Shown piece by piece: positions 11,934 through 22,695 of a DNA stretch of 64,000 bases. The first letter of the stretch is position 1. Each line of letters opens with the position of its first letter. The translations under genes were made by a program, and so were the position numbers. Below the pieces are notes generated by a model that saw only the letters and a program-made list of their open reading frames with translations, was not told where the DNA came from and did no database searches. The stretch is from Schizochytrium sp. TIO01 (Eukaryota; Protista; Bigyra: Labyrinthulomycetes): contig SMSO01000025.1 of NCBI GenBank assembly GCA_004764695.1, positions 2,852,001 through 2,916,000 of the forward strand, written 5' to 3'.

Positions 11934-13586
11934 TTACAGAACCTCCTCGCCGCTTTCACGAAAGAGGCGAGTGATGCGACCGCAACCCTTCGCACTGCCT
12001 TCCCGGAAGATTAAAGGGCGGCCAATCTCAAGATACTCGGCACAATGTAGAAAGCGAAAGCGGACCCGAACTTGCGAACCTGTACGCGCTAGAACCTCCT
12101 CGCCTTTGTCTGAGAGAATCTGAATAATGCGAGCAGATTGTCGTACTCCCGCAAGATGAATAAATGGTGAATAGCCTCTGTCGATGGTGGTCGAGTGATG
12201 GAGCACCTTGATGTCAGCTTCGAATTCCCACACCGTTCGCTTTTGAGCTGTCTCGTAGTCAGGCTCACCTACAGCAACCATACCTTTGCGAAACATATCT
12301 CGCTTCAAATTGCCGCGACCTACTGATTTGATAGCAAACGTTGCATGTTGACCTTCAAAGGCTGCTTGTGAAGGTACGCACTGTCGATGAATCGATCGCA
12401 CAATTACCTGGCGATAAGCACCCGTCTTATCAGGTCCTACCCAAATGCGCTGGCCAATATGCACCTCCCCTCGGCAGACTGTACCACCAACAACGATACC
12501 AACGCCTGGCACATTGAAGACATCATCAAGCATGAAGTTCATTGATGTTGTTGCAGACTGAGCTGCTGAAATCGCATTTCCGCCAGCTGACATAGGTGTT
12601 ACTGCCACACCATCCTCGCCAAGTGGGGACACAAAGATGTCGTTAGCATCAGAAGTTGCACTATCTAAAACCGTCCCTTCGGTATCCTTGGCCTCCGTGT
12701 CTCTTGCTTCATCTTCCTTAATCTCATGTTCAGCATCACCTTGCACAGTCTTCGTATGCGCCTCTAATGATGGAGACTTGCGGGACTTGTGCAATGCAAG
12801 CTGCTTGATGAACTCGCGCAGTAAGTCCATATTTTGGCCAGTTACACTCGATACTTCAAAAACCGGTGCAAAGGCTACCTGATTTGTGTCCATACATTTG
12901 ATGGCACCTTCCATATCAGCACTCTCGCGTACATAAAATCCCTTGCGAGCTGCGCGTTTTAAGATACGCCTGATTTTCATCTGGGTCTCACGTAGCACGT
13001 TTTCAGGAACCATATCTACCTTGGTTTCTACAATGAAAAAGGGAATGCGCAGAGCACAACAGAGGCCAATATGTTCTCTGGTCATACGTTGGATACCACG
13101 CTCTGCGCCAATGACTACCATTGCACAATCTGGATTCATCGCAGTCAAGCCGTAAATTGAAGACTTGAGGTACTTCTCATGTCCGCACAGATCTACAAGC
13201 GTAACTCGATGCGTTGCTTTGGAAGCAACCTCAAAGAAATCCCTCTGGTGACCTTTGCGAGCTGCCTCTACAGACTGACTCACAGGCATGACTTGTTCGC
13301 CTTCGCGGTAACCCAAAAGCGCTAAAGATACCGAGGAAGTTTGGCCGCGCTTAAGCTCATGCTGGTGCTTCAATACAAATGATCGAGCCTTACCGCGGCC
13401 ATCGTCCAACATTCCGCGCGTTAAGCAGCCAACTAATGTTGATTTACCAGCATCTACATTGCCAAGCATTGCTGCTCTAAAGTCACGAGTTTCAGCAAAG
13501 CCTCGGCCTGATGTTGCTGAAGTGGCAGCAATTGATGTTGTTGTAGCTGCCGGTGCTGCTGTTGCAGCTGCTGCTAAAGAGGCCAT
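11934..13586 (-). CDS. GTP-binding protein 1/2 family translational GTPase (GTPBP1/GTPBP2-like), 550 aa
   Basis: G1 GNVDAGKS, family motif LDDGRGKAR...HQHELKRGQTSS, G3 DLCGHEKY, G4 TKVD; EF-Tu-like domains II (VPGVGIVVGG) and III (WEFEADIKVLHHSTTI...FREG). Confidence 0.93.
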   Translation of the reverse strand: MASLAAAATAAPAATTTSIAATSATSGRGFAETRDFRAAMLGNVDAGKSTLVGCLTRGMLDDGRGKARSFVLKHQHELKRGQTSSVSLALLGYREGEQVMPVSQSVEAARKGHQRDFFEVASKATHRVTLVDLCGHEKYLKSSIYGLTAMNPDCAMVVIGAERGIQRMTREHIGLCCALRIPFFIVETKVDMVPENVLRETQMKIRRILKRAARKGFYVRESADMEGAIKCMDTNQVAFAPVFEVSSVTGQNMDLLREFIKQLALHKSRKSPSLEAHTKTVQGDAEHEIKEDEARDTEAKDTEGTVLDSATSDANDIFVSPLGEDGVAVTPMSAGGNAISAAQSATTSMNFMLDDVFNVPGVGIVVGGTVCRGEVHIGQRIWVGPDKTGAYRQVIVRSIHRQCVPSQAAFEGQHATFAIKSVGRGNLKRDMFRKGMVAVGEPDYETAQKRTVWEFEADIKVLHHSTTIDRGYSPFIHLAGVRQSARIIQILSDKGEEVLARTGSQVRVRFRFLHCAEYLEIGRPLIFREGSAKGCGRITRLFRESGEEVL

Positions 13587-14896
13587 TGCGAATGACCGTT
13601 AGCGTCGCCTTGCTCCCCTACTCAAGTTCTTATTCTCAGCAAATCTAACGAAGTAGCGGGGAAGATCAGTTGTCAGAATCGTCGCTCAACAAATCGGATT
13701 TGCTTGCTTGCTTGCTTGGTATTGTAAAAGAGTTTTAAGATCGTCTCGGCTCGCTTTGCCTCGTCTTTAAAACGAGATGTGGTTCTTTAGCCCAAAATCA
13801 CTTCTTAAGCAGACTCCTCTTTCACGAGCAAACAAGCAACTGCACTGTCGCGTAGGCTAGGTTGCTGAATAATCTACCTACGTTTTCGGCGTGCGATTGC
13901 CTAACGGGGTAAGCAATGTCTCAGTTTTGAAGGCTGGAAACCACTCTAGAAACAATGCCTCTTCGAACTGCCTAAATACGGGCAGACCTTCCGAGGTCCG
14001 AAGTACCAGCGACTTGCACGCGCTTCCTTTCCTCGGTCTAGCTGCTTGCTTTCTCTATCAGTACCGCTGTGGATATATGTTCTCGCGCCACCGCGAGGCA
14101 CCGCGTTTGGGATCTGGCCAACGGGGGAGTACGTAGTTCTTTTCGAAGGTTCGCTCAGTCGATCATGCTTTGATCCTCTAAAGTACTTATAAAATAAAAG
14201 CGCTCAATTTACTCAGAGAAAATCTGAACAAGTAGATGCTGTGGTTTTCATACCAGACAGGGAATAGAAACCATACTTTAGTATATGACTAATACCTATT
14301 CTGCTATGAGAAGAGCGGGTTCTTCAATGGTTCTGAGACACGAAGAAAAGTATTGAGGGGGAAAGAAGGAAGAGGGTGGGTAAGAGAAGCACCACCCTGG
14401 TAGCGATCGATCTTGGAGCGTACCTTTTTTACAAGGCGCAGTGGGAAAAGGCATTGCTTTCGGATCCAGTGCGGATCGCTTGCGAGGAGTGTGATGCGAC
14501 GCTCGGGATCGTTCTTGGCGGCTTTGAGGGATACGTTGTTCATAAACGTGGTCGTAGATGCATCAAATGTGGCCTCGTTATAGTTATACATATACAATAC
14601 AAAAATATAAAGAAATCGATTAAGATTAAACCCTCGGAGGCTTTGCAAGGAGCGGATGAAAATGTGCGACCATGGAACATGAAAATGTGGAGGGTTTATC
14701 CTAAAGCATGGCACTTATAACTCGCTGTGGGCCCAAGCCAAAGCAATGGTTACCGGCTTCTGCGGAATGAGCTATTGTTATTGAGGAAAATTATGGTTGT
14801 TGATTGGTTGTCTTGAAGATGAAAGTTAAGAGTTCATAACATGTGTTGAGAGATTGTTCATAATGATTTAAGGTGGTTACTGCTAAGCTATTGTCT

Positions 14897-17800
14897 CTAG
14901 CGGTTGAGCCATGAGGATGCCTGCGAGAAGAGGTTGCTACCGACTTGGCCAATTGACTTGAGAGCGGTGGCAGCCTCGGTGGTGGCCTTTTCTCCGTGAG
15001 CAGAGGAAGCTGAAGAACGTGATTTGGCAGAAGGCGAAGATAGCGCACGCGAGGTTGTTCCTCTACGCTGCGCTGCAGCATTGCTGCGCACGGAGCGAAC
15101 ATTAGAAGGAATAGGGAGCAGTGGAATACGCGGCAGCGTGTTTGTGGGTAGGTAGCCGAGATGAAGCATGTTGTTAGTATCATACACAGAATAGGATTCC
15201 TGAGACTCTCCAGCACTCTCAAATGCATACTCTGAAGAAGCAGTCCAGGTTTTGGCAGCCCGTGCCTTGACCATCAAGCTTGGTCCAAAGAGCAAAGCAT
15301 TGCGATCGCGATAAATTTTTATCCGGGTCAAGAGGTGAGGCTCTTGCAGAGTCCAGTTCACAGTATCAACATGAACTTCGACGAGGCTTTCAATAAGCTG
15401 GGGGATTTCATTTGTCGCCTCTTGCTTCTGGTCAACGAGTAGAAGCCATTCAAACCAGTGCAGGTCAAAGATGGTCTGCAGCGCAGCAGGCTCATTCTCA
15501 TGACTCGAGTTCTGGTCGAGATGTTTGCTGTACACCTCCTGCACAAGCTTCAGACCACCATGTGCTAAAAGGAGGACTGCTTGCTCACTAGATTTGCAAA
15601 ATTGGTTCGCAGCTTCGTTCAGGTACTCACGCGATGGAGCTCCTTGTTCTAATAAGGGAAGAAGGTCCTCTATGTTTTGAGAGAGAACCGAGCCCGATGA
15701 AATGAAGCGCGAGTCACCAACAAGGCGGACTTGCTTAGATAAGAGAAAGGAAAATAATGCAACGCCGGGAGAAACAGAGCCAGGAAGTTCAATTGTATCC
15801 TCTTCATCAAAAACCGATGCAGCCCCTTCCTCGTCGTCGTCCTGGTTAAAGTCATCTTCATCAGCTTTAAAGCTCACTGGAATTCGCTCCCATCCACTAT
15901 GTAGGATTGCCCAGTCACGGGAGTTATCCCAGTCCTGTGACTGCAAAGAGTTGCTCAAAACATCTGAGCTCATGGAAAGTGAGGCATCCGCCCAGACCTG
16001 ATACACGCTTGCCGAAAGTTTGTTCAGATCCTCTTTCAGGGTGGCCTGGGCCTCCTCGCTCAGCAAGCGCTTGAGTACGCCACCAATAAGAAGACCTTCC
16101 GCAACACGAGCTAGAAACAATGTTCGCTTCAACGCAACAAATACGTCGTCGTTTTGTGTTGGATCTTGGTGAGGAGATTTGTCTGACAGAGCACTGACAC
16201 TAGAGCCAAACGCATCCACAGAGGCTGCCAGCTTCTCTCGTAAATTATCCGTAAGCTTTCCCAGAGTGAGTTTAGCAAGGTCGTGCATTTGTGAATCGAC
16301 GAGGGCTGTGTCAATGACTAAAGACTCGCGGCTCTCAAGTAGCCGGGAAACCTCCGAAGCGAAGATGTGCAAAAGGACTACAGCAGCGCCTGCTCTGTCC
16401 ACTGCACTTTCAGACATGATTCGCTCACCTAGGCGAGTAAATAGACGGTCGTCCTCATCTGCATCGTCATCGTCTTGTGGTTCCTGTTCGGTTGAACGCT
16501 TGGTCATGGCATTTCCACTGGCCTCTTGTACATCCGGCATGTGTTCACGCTCAATGGATGCAGACAATGTGCTTTGAATGCCCTTTTCAAATGATAAGCA
16601 AACTGCTTCAAAGTCACTTTGCAGGAGATCTGCTGCACGAGAGACAAATGCAGACCCAAACATCATTGGGTAAAGGAAGAGGTTGTTTGTGTTTTGCTCT
16701 GAAAGCCTGGGGAGAACACATGCTTGCACTGCAGCCCGCCAAATGTCAACATCAAGCTCAGACGCAGCATCGGTAGAGGCGCCTCCGCTAATTTCAATCT
16801 CGATGATGCGTTTTTGAGTTTGTGCCAGGGCATCTAAAGTAGGAATTTGCTCGAGAATTTTTTGTGATGCAAGTGCTATTTCATCAGCACGAGCCTCAAC
16901 CCAACTTGTGACAGATTCGCGGACATGGTGAGGGTCTACATCGCCTACAAGGCGTGAACCAGAGACATACAGGTCTGCCATATCTACAATAGTTTGTTGA
17001 ACGATAGCAATGCTCCGCTCCAAAGTTCCCGGTACAATATCTTGTAAGGTGCGCAACAGAACGCGGTATCTAGCATCTAATAGTCGATCAACGCTTTGAG
17101 CAGCGGTGGCGTCACCAAGCACGATAACTGCACGAATTGCCCCACAGGTCGTGTCTAAATTGAGATCCTCGCTTTCTAATAGAGCCCTGGCTTCAAGCAG
17201 GATACGCTGGCGCGCTTCTTGCACAAGCGACCAATGGGATTTTAGAAACGGGTACAGCTCCCACACAGAGGTCTTTGATCCTTCTGCTTGTGTTGAAGAG
17301 GCCATTGTTTGCTGGCTTTTTGCTGGCATCGCAGCAGCAGCGCGAAGATCCTTGAATTGTGAAGGGTCAAGTCCCAACGCCGCAAAGTCACGTTCTTCTT
17401 TCTCATCAAACGCCGTTGGTTGAGCCGGGGTCAGGTCTGCCATTGGTGGTGGCAAGCTTTTGAATGCTTGCTCTGCTTGCACAAAGGAGTCACACGCCTT
17501 CCATAGACGCTGTGAGTCGATTGACTCCCAAATGTTTACTGCCGCCAATGATACAATATCCGCTGCTCTGAGTTGAGCATCAAGCTCATCTTGGTCCTCC
17601 ACTTTTGACACAATTGGTGTCAATACAGGCGCGGTATCGTGTTGTACAGAATCAGACTCCTTTAACAAAAATATCGTATTTTGAGTATCTTTCAACATCT
17701 CACCTTGAACAAGAGCTCTACTCGCGGACTCCACGTTGGCCACGATGGTCTTGAACTCGTCAACGGTCCTGTCCATGCCAACAATAGCGTCCGCAGAATC

Positions 17801-17968
17801 AATAAGGTCATGGTAGCGCTCGCTGATGAGCTCTCGGAGCTCGCCTCGTTTCTCGTCTACTCGGCTTTGGACGTCCTCAAGCGCCACCCAGACACGATCT
17901 GCTCCCCAGTTTTCGTATAGGTAGCCGACGCCGCGGTACTCATGTACAGTGCTGCCAGAGTCTGCCAT
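14897..17968 (-). CDS. COG1: Conserved oligomeric Golgi complex subunit 1 (Vps51-domain protein), about 1023 aa
   Basis: N-terminal Vps51/COG1 signature DEKRGELRELISERYHDLIDSADAIVGM; C-terminal ALQTIFDLHWF...DTVNW resembles COG1. The first ATG is at 17968; the ORF-track start at 17980 is a TTG. Confidence 0.8.
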   Translation of the reverse strand: MADSGSTVHEYRGVGYLYENWGADRVWVALEDVQSRVDEKRGELRELISERYHDLIDSADAIVGMDRTVDEFKTIVANVESASRALVQGEMLKDTQNTIFLLKESDSVQHDTAPVLTPIVSKVEDQDELDAQLRAADIVSLAAVNIWESIDSQRLWKACDSFVQAEQAFKSLPPPMADLTPAQPTAFDEKEERDFAALGLDPSQFKDLRAAAAMPAKSQQTMASSTQAEGSKTSVWELYPFLKSHWSLVQEARQRILLEARALLESEDLNLDTTCGAIRAVIVLGDATAAQSVDRLLDARYRVLLRTLQDIVPGTLERSIAIVQQTIVDMADLYVSGSRLVGDVDPHHVRESVTSWVEARADEIALASQKILEQIPTLDALAQTQKRIIEIEISGGASTDAASELDVDIWRAAVQACVLPRLSEQNTNNLFLYPMMFGSAFVSRAADLLQSDFEAVCLSFEKGIQSTLSASIEREHMPDVQEASGNAMTKRSTEQEPQDDDDADEDDRLFTRLGERIMSESAVDRAGAAVVLLHIFASEVSRLLESRESLVIDTALVDSQMHDLAKLTLGKLTDNLREKLAASVDAFGSSVSALSDKSPHQDPTQNDDVFVALKRTLFLARVAEGLLIGGVLKRLLSEEAQATLKEDLNKLSASVYQVWADASLSMSSDVLSNSLQSQDWDNSRDWAILHSGWERIPVSFKADEDDFNQDDDEEGAASVFDEEDTIELPGSVSPGVALFSFLLSKQVRLVGDSRFISSGSVLSQNIEDLLPLLEQGAPSREYLNEAANQFCKSSEQAVLLLAHGGLKLVQEVYSKHLDQNSSHENEPAALQTIFDLHWFEWLLLVDQKQEATNEIPQLIESLVEVHVDTVNWTLQEPHLLTRIKIYRDRNALLFGPSLMVKARAAKTWTASSEYAFESAGESQESYSVYDTNNMLHLGYLPTNTLPRIPLLPIPSNVRSVRSNAAAQRRGTTSRALSSPSAKSRSSASSAHGEKATTEAATALKSIGQVGSNLFSQASSWLNR

Positions 17969-18683
17969 GGTGCAACACAAGGGGTAGACTGACGCCCGGG
18001 GATTGGAGTTGAATATGCGCGTGCAGAGGCGTCCCTCGCCTCGGGCCTTCGCTCGCCTCCGGCCACAAGAGTCAGGGCTCTCTTGAGCGATTTGATGCCT
18101 TGATGATGTAAAATAGATACCTGCATTGCCCTATGTGTGTGTGAGTCAAATTTATTGGAATTTTCGAGCGAATATTTTAGACAAATATAAATTCGTTGGA
18201 TTTTACGCTACTCTGCGTCGGATTCCTAGGTCCCACGACACCCATCCGGTGAACGAGTGAATGAGTAGTGCGTGGAACTCGGAGTGGGAGCGACAAGTTT
18301 CAATGAATCATGGAAGGTGTCAACAAAGTTCTGCTATGCTCTGCTTTGTTCTGTAGATATGAAATCGGGTGCTTGTGTCGCGTTTAGGTCTTGAGACCGG
18401 CTAGCACTGACTACTTGACACCTATCAGGGAAGGCCTCGAGGCAGAACTTTCTGTGGCCGGGCAAACGAGTACTCGGAGCGAGAATCTTCTTCTTCTTCT
18501 GCGAACATATCCTAATCAAGTTACAGGCATAGCGAGAGCTCTTTCCTGGCAAAGACTTTGTCTTGAGGTGAGCAAAGTCGAAACTTGGCCACACTTCGGG
18601 AGATAGCTCGAGAACTTGGGATAACGTGGAAGCAGCAAAGCTTTGGATGCAAAGCTGGCCTTGGCAAAGACTGAGCGAGTAAC

Positions 18684-19238
18684 ATGATTCATGCAGCTCT
18701 TGGGGCGGCCCTGGCACTAGCCTTGACAACAACGGGATCTGCAATTGGCTCTGCGTATGGAGGGCAGATTGCGGTACTACAAAGAGCACATGGAGGCTCG
18801 CTGGCGGCGTTTATGCCGATTATCATCGCTGGAGTCATTGGCATCTACGGAATGATTGTGGCCGTCATCATTGTGAGCAGGATCGGTGGAGGCGAAAGTC
18901 CTATGTCTGAAGATGAAGGAAACCGCCTTCTTGCTGCTGGCCTTACCGTTGGTGTTCCTGGCCTGGTTTCTGGGTCTTCGATTGGCGTGTTTTGTCGTTA
19001 CCTACTGTCTACCCATGACAAAATGTCAAAGTTTACGGTATCCCCGGCTGGGTACCGTCGCATGGACATTGAACGCGAAGTTGGCGACGACATTGAGCCA
19101 GAAAATGGGTCTTCTGATAGCGCTGCCCAACTTGTGAACGGAACGATCTTCCTTGTTCTTGCCTTTATCGAAGCTCTTGCTTTGTATGGACTGATTGCTG
19201 CACTTTTACTCATCAGCAAGTACGACAAGGCTACTTGA
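18684..19238 (+). CDS. V-type H+-ATPase proteolipid (subunit c-like), divergent paralog, 184 aa
   Basis: Four hydrophobic helices; PIIIAGVIGIYG in TM2, AAGLTVG..GL.SG..IG in TM3, FIEALALYGLI in TM4 with the proton-carrying Glu (E163). Confidence 0.88.
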   Translation: MIHAALGAALALALTTTGSAIGSAYGGQIAVLQRAHGGSLAAFMPIIIAGVIGIYGMIVAVIIVSRIGGGESPMSEDEGNRLLAAGLTVGVPGLVSGSSIGVFCRYLLSTHDKMSKFTVSPAGYRRMDIEREVGDDIEPENGSSDSAAQLVNGTIFLVLAFIEALALYGLIAALLLISKYDKAT

Positions 19239-20088
19239 ACTGAGATAGCTTGCGAGTTTGTTATGCGGTTGAGGGGCGTACACAGCAAATGTCATGTCCA
19301 TCAAGGGGGCTCTCTTCGCAGTGATCATACATCTTGTGCCTACGCGCAGCATAGAATAATTGATTCATTTAAGCAAGCTATTCTTGCTGATGCTGAGGAG
19401 CATGCTAAGTCATAAACTAAGTTATGAACTGCAAATGAGCAGCTATAATAGCATTAAATATATCTATATATATATATATTTCCTTTGCTCTCATGGAAAA
19501 CTGATGGCGATACTTATCTCTCGATGACCATGCTCTCTATACCGAGAAACGATATTGCGTTATATGATGCTCCATTCAGGATTTTATTCAGAAATTTTTT
19601 AGAAGGCAAGCCTGATATCTAATACTAAATGTGAATTAAACTTAGAGATATTGTAGACCAATCGATGAATCAATGCACCGGAAGGAAGAAGGACTGATTT
19701 TTTTTATATGTTTACGAGCTAGCTACTTACTCAAGAACAAGAAAAAATGAAGTTGGAGTTGTTTGCAGCTGAATGAAAAACGAAACGTAAATCCTGCTGT
19801 GCACCGATGGCTCTCCTTCTTTGCTCTTGAAGTATGATATTTGTTTGGTCTTTTTAAAGTGAAAAGTGGAGAAGGAAAGAAAGAGGACAAGTATATATGT
19901 AAGTAAGGTAAGATGAGATCACTGTGTTGTTTCTGTGCTCGTGATGTGTTATGTAGATAAATTTGAGACAGGAAGCTTTGGGCTACCAATTCCATCAGAG
20001 TGAGCGAGCGAGTGAGTAAATTGGTGAATGACTGTGTGTGGAGTGTGTCACATTCATTCATGTAATTCAATCATCTATTCAAGCCGTT

Positions 20089-22695
20089 TTAGCCAGTGAA
20101 CAGGGGGATGAGTACAAGCGTGATTGTGGACACAAGCTTGATCAGCACGTGCAAAGCAGGACCAGCAGTATCCTTGCAGGGATCACCGACAGTATCGCCC
20201 GTGACGGCAGCCTTGTGCGCGTCGGAGCCCTTGGAGTGCTGGAGCTCGAGTAGTTTTTTGGTGTTGTCCCAGGCGCCTCCACCGTTGTTCAGGAAGAGTG
20301 CCATCACAATACCCGCAATGGTGGTAATCATGAGGAAACCGCCGAGGGCCTGAGCTCCCAGGAGGGGCCTATCGAGCTGGTAGCCGACTAGGCGGAAGCC
20401 AACACCGACGGCAATCGGCATCAACGTGACGAGGAGACCCGGCTGGATCATCTTGCTGAGGGCAGCTTTGGAGACAACATCGACACAGACGCCGTACTGA
20501 GGCTTCTCCGTACCATCCAAGATACCCGGTCTGTCGCGAAACTGACGGCGCACCTCCTCCACGACGGTTTGCGCAGCAGATCCCACCGCAGACATTGCCA
20601 TCGCAGAAAAGCGGAAAACCATGGCGGCTCCAAGGAAACCTCCGCAGAACACCTCGGGAGTTGCGATATCGACAACCTTAAACTCAAGACCAGTGTAGAG
20701 TTCAACCTCGTCCATAAAAGCTCTAAAGAGCAGAAACGATGCAAGTGCAGCGGATCCAACCGCAAATCCCTTCGTGGTTGCCTTCGTGGTGTTTCCAGCT
20801 GAATCAAGGCGATCAGTGACGTCGCGTACGCTCTCAGGCTGTCCGCTCATCTCCACGATGCCGCCAGCATTGTCAGCAATGGGTCCAAAGATGTCCATTG
20901 CCAGGATGTACACAGCCGACGAAAGCATTCCCATTGTGGCAACAGCGCTTCCGAAAAGGCCTCCAATGGGCTCTCCTGCAGAGTTCACAAGGCCTGAGCT
21001 CCTTCCGAGCCAGAACGAGGAAAGGATCGACGCACACATGACGAGGGTCGGGTACATGACAGACTCCATACCAATGGCAAGTCCTGCGATCACGTTGGTG
21101 GCATGTCCTGCATTACTAGCAGTGGCAATAGACTTTACGGGACGGTACTCGAAGTCCGTGTAGTACTGAGTAATGAGCACCTGAAGATATGCACTTGCCA
21201 TGCCAACCAATCCACAAAGGAAGAAGGAGAACCATGCCGAAGGGGCAGCAGCTGTGTAGAGGAGAAATCTTGTCGCAATGAAGAATCCTACAACTGCGCA
21301 GCCCATCGCAACAACGTAACCCCTCTTCAGAATAGCAATGGGGTCCTCGAGGTTACGCGCAGATGTGACGACAGTATCTCCCTGATCCGAGATCGTGAGA
21401 ACTCCAAGCGTACTAACGATGAGATCAAAGGCGTGAATAAGGAGCGGGAAGAGGACAAATCCACGTGCCTCTGTAGCGGTCATGTCACACTCCATCGAGA
21501 GGGTGCCACCAAGTACCATGGCGCTGATGATCTCTGCCGAAATACTTTCAAAGAGATCAGCTCCACGAGCCGAGCAGTCACCCACGTTGTCACCAACAAG
21601 ATCTGCAATGACAGCCGGGTTTCTCGGGTCATCCTCCGGAATGCCCTGCTCGACCTTGCCCACGAGGTCAGCACCAACGTCAGCAGCCTTGGTGAAGATT
21701 CCACCTCCGAGCTGCGAGAAGATAGCTACAAAAGATCCTCCAAACCCAAAGCCAATCAGAAGCACCGGGAGTCTTGCAAACGGGATTGCTCCAGGCTCGC
21801 CGTCAACACCCTCGTACACCGCAGCGATGATGATGAAGAGCAACGAAATGCCCAGGACCACCAGCAAAACCACAATAAGGGCCGCCACAGCGCCAGACCT
21901 CAGCGCGAGCTGAATGGTGCCGTGGTAGGACCTCATGGCAGCAGCAGAGACGCGAACGTTTGCTCTCACGGAGGTCCAAAGTCCAACGTATCCCGCACAC
22001 GCAGAGCAGGCTGCGCCCAAGAGGAACGACACTGCTGTAAGCATGGCCAAGAGGCTCTGGTTAAGCGACTCCTGACCGTGCGCAGGACGGCGGAACGCAT
22101 AGACAGCGAAGAGAATAAAACTCATAGGGAAAGCGAGCTTGAAAATGGTACCGTAGACGCGAGCAAAGAAACTATCGGAGCCCTCGCGAATTGCGGCGGC
22201 AATGCTGCGCATCTCAGATGGGCCCTCGTCCTGGAGCAAGACCCAGTGCACGAGCGCCCAGACGACAACGATGGCGCACAGGCAAATGACGAGAATACTG
22301 CCCATGATGAGGCCCTGGAAGAGGGCCACGAAAACGAGAGCAAACCCTAAGACGCCCACGATGGAGCGCAGGAGTCCTGAGCGAGGTACCATGTCGAGAT
22401 TGAGCAGAATCTGGGCAAGACTCTTGCGGCGAGAAGAGACGCCTGAGCGACGCAGGTGCATGTGCGGGGTAAATGTAGACGACGCAGAGGATGCATTTGG
22501 GTTGCCCAGGTTTCCACCAGAAGGGTTGTTCGAAGACGTTGAGGAGCGGCTGCTAAGGTTATTGGAGCCGGATTGGGCAGACGAGGCAACCGAGGTAGAG
22601 GGCATCATGAGCTCCACGTCATCGTTGGGCGCAGAGGAGGAGCCAAGAGCGGCACCGCCGCTGTGGGCGGACTTGCCGCCGCCTCCGGAGAGCAT
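20089..22695 (-). CDS. Membrane-bound proton-translocating pyrophosphatase, K+-independent (type II, AVP2/VHP2-like), about 868 aa
   Basis: GGGIFTKAADVGADLVGKVE, EDDPRNPAVIADLVGDNVGD, GPIADNAGGI, GNTTKATTKG, GGAWDN, GDTVGDPCKDTAGPA. The first ATG is at 22695; the ORF-track extension to 22839 begins at a TTG in a repeat. Confidence 0.96.
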   Translation of the reverse strand: MLSGGGGKSAHSGGAALGSSSAPNDDVELMMPSTSVASSAQSGSNNLSSRSSTSSNNPSGGNLGNPNASSASSTFTPHMHLRRSGVSSRRKSLAQILLNLDMVPRSGLLRSIVGVLGFALVFVALFQGLIMGSILVICLCAIVVVWALVHWVLLQDEGPSEMRSIAAAIREGSDSFFARVYGTIFKLAFPMSFILFAVYAFRRPAHGQESLNQSLLAMLTAVSFLLGAACSACAGYVGLWTSVRANVRVSAAAMRSYHGTIQLALRSGAVAALIVVLLVVLGISLLFIIIAAVYEGVDGEPGAIPFARLPVLLIGFGFGGSFVAIFSQLGGGIFTKAADVGADLVGKVEQGIPEDDPRNPAVIADLVGDNVGDCSARGADLFESISAEIISAMVLGGTLSMECDMTATEARGFVLFPLLIHAFDLIVSTLGVLTISDQGDTVVTSARNLEDPIAILKRGYVVAMGCAVVGFFIATRFLLYTAAAPSAWFSFFLCGLVGMASAYLQVLITQYYTDFEYRPVKSIATASNAGHATNVIAGLAIGMESVMYPTLVMCASILSSFWLGRSSGLVNSAGEPIGGLFGSAVATMGMLSSAVYILAMDIFGPIADNAGGIVEMSGQPESVRDVTDRLDSAGNTTKATTKGFAVGSAALASFLLFRAFMDEVELYTGLEFKVVDIATPEVFCGGFLGAAMVFRFSAMAMSAVGSAAQTVVEEVRRQFRDRPGILDGTEKPQYGVCVDVVSKAALSKMIQPGLLVTLMPIAVGVGFRLVGYQLDRPLLGAQALGGFLMITTIAGIVMALFLNNGGGAWDNTKKLLELQHSKGSDAHKAAVTGDTVGDPCKDTAGPALHVLIKLVSTITLVLIPLFTG

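Noticed and set aside
21103-22350. 415-aa ORF antisense to the H+-PPase
   Set aside because: Shadow ORF caused by GC3-rich codon bias on the opposite strand; no recognisable motifs.
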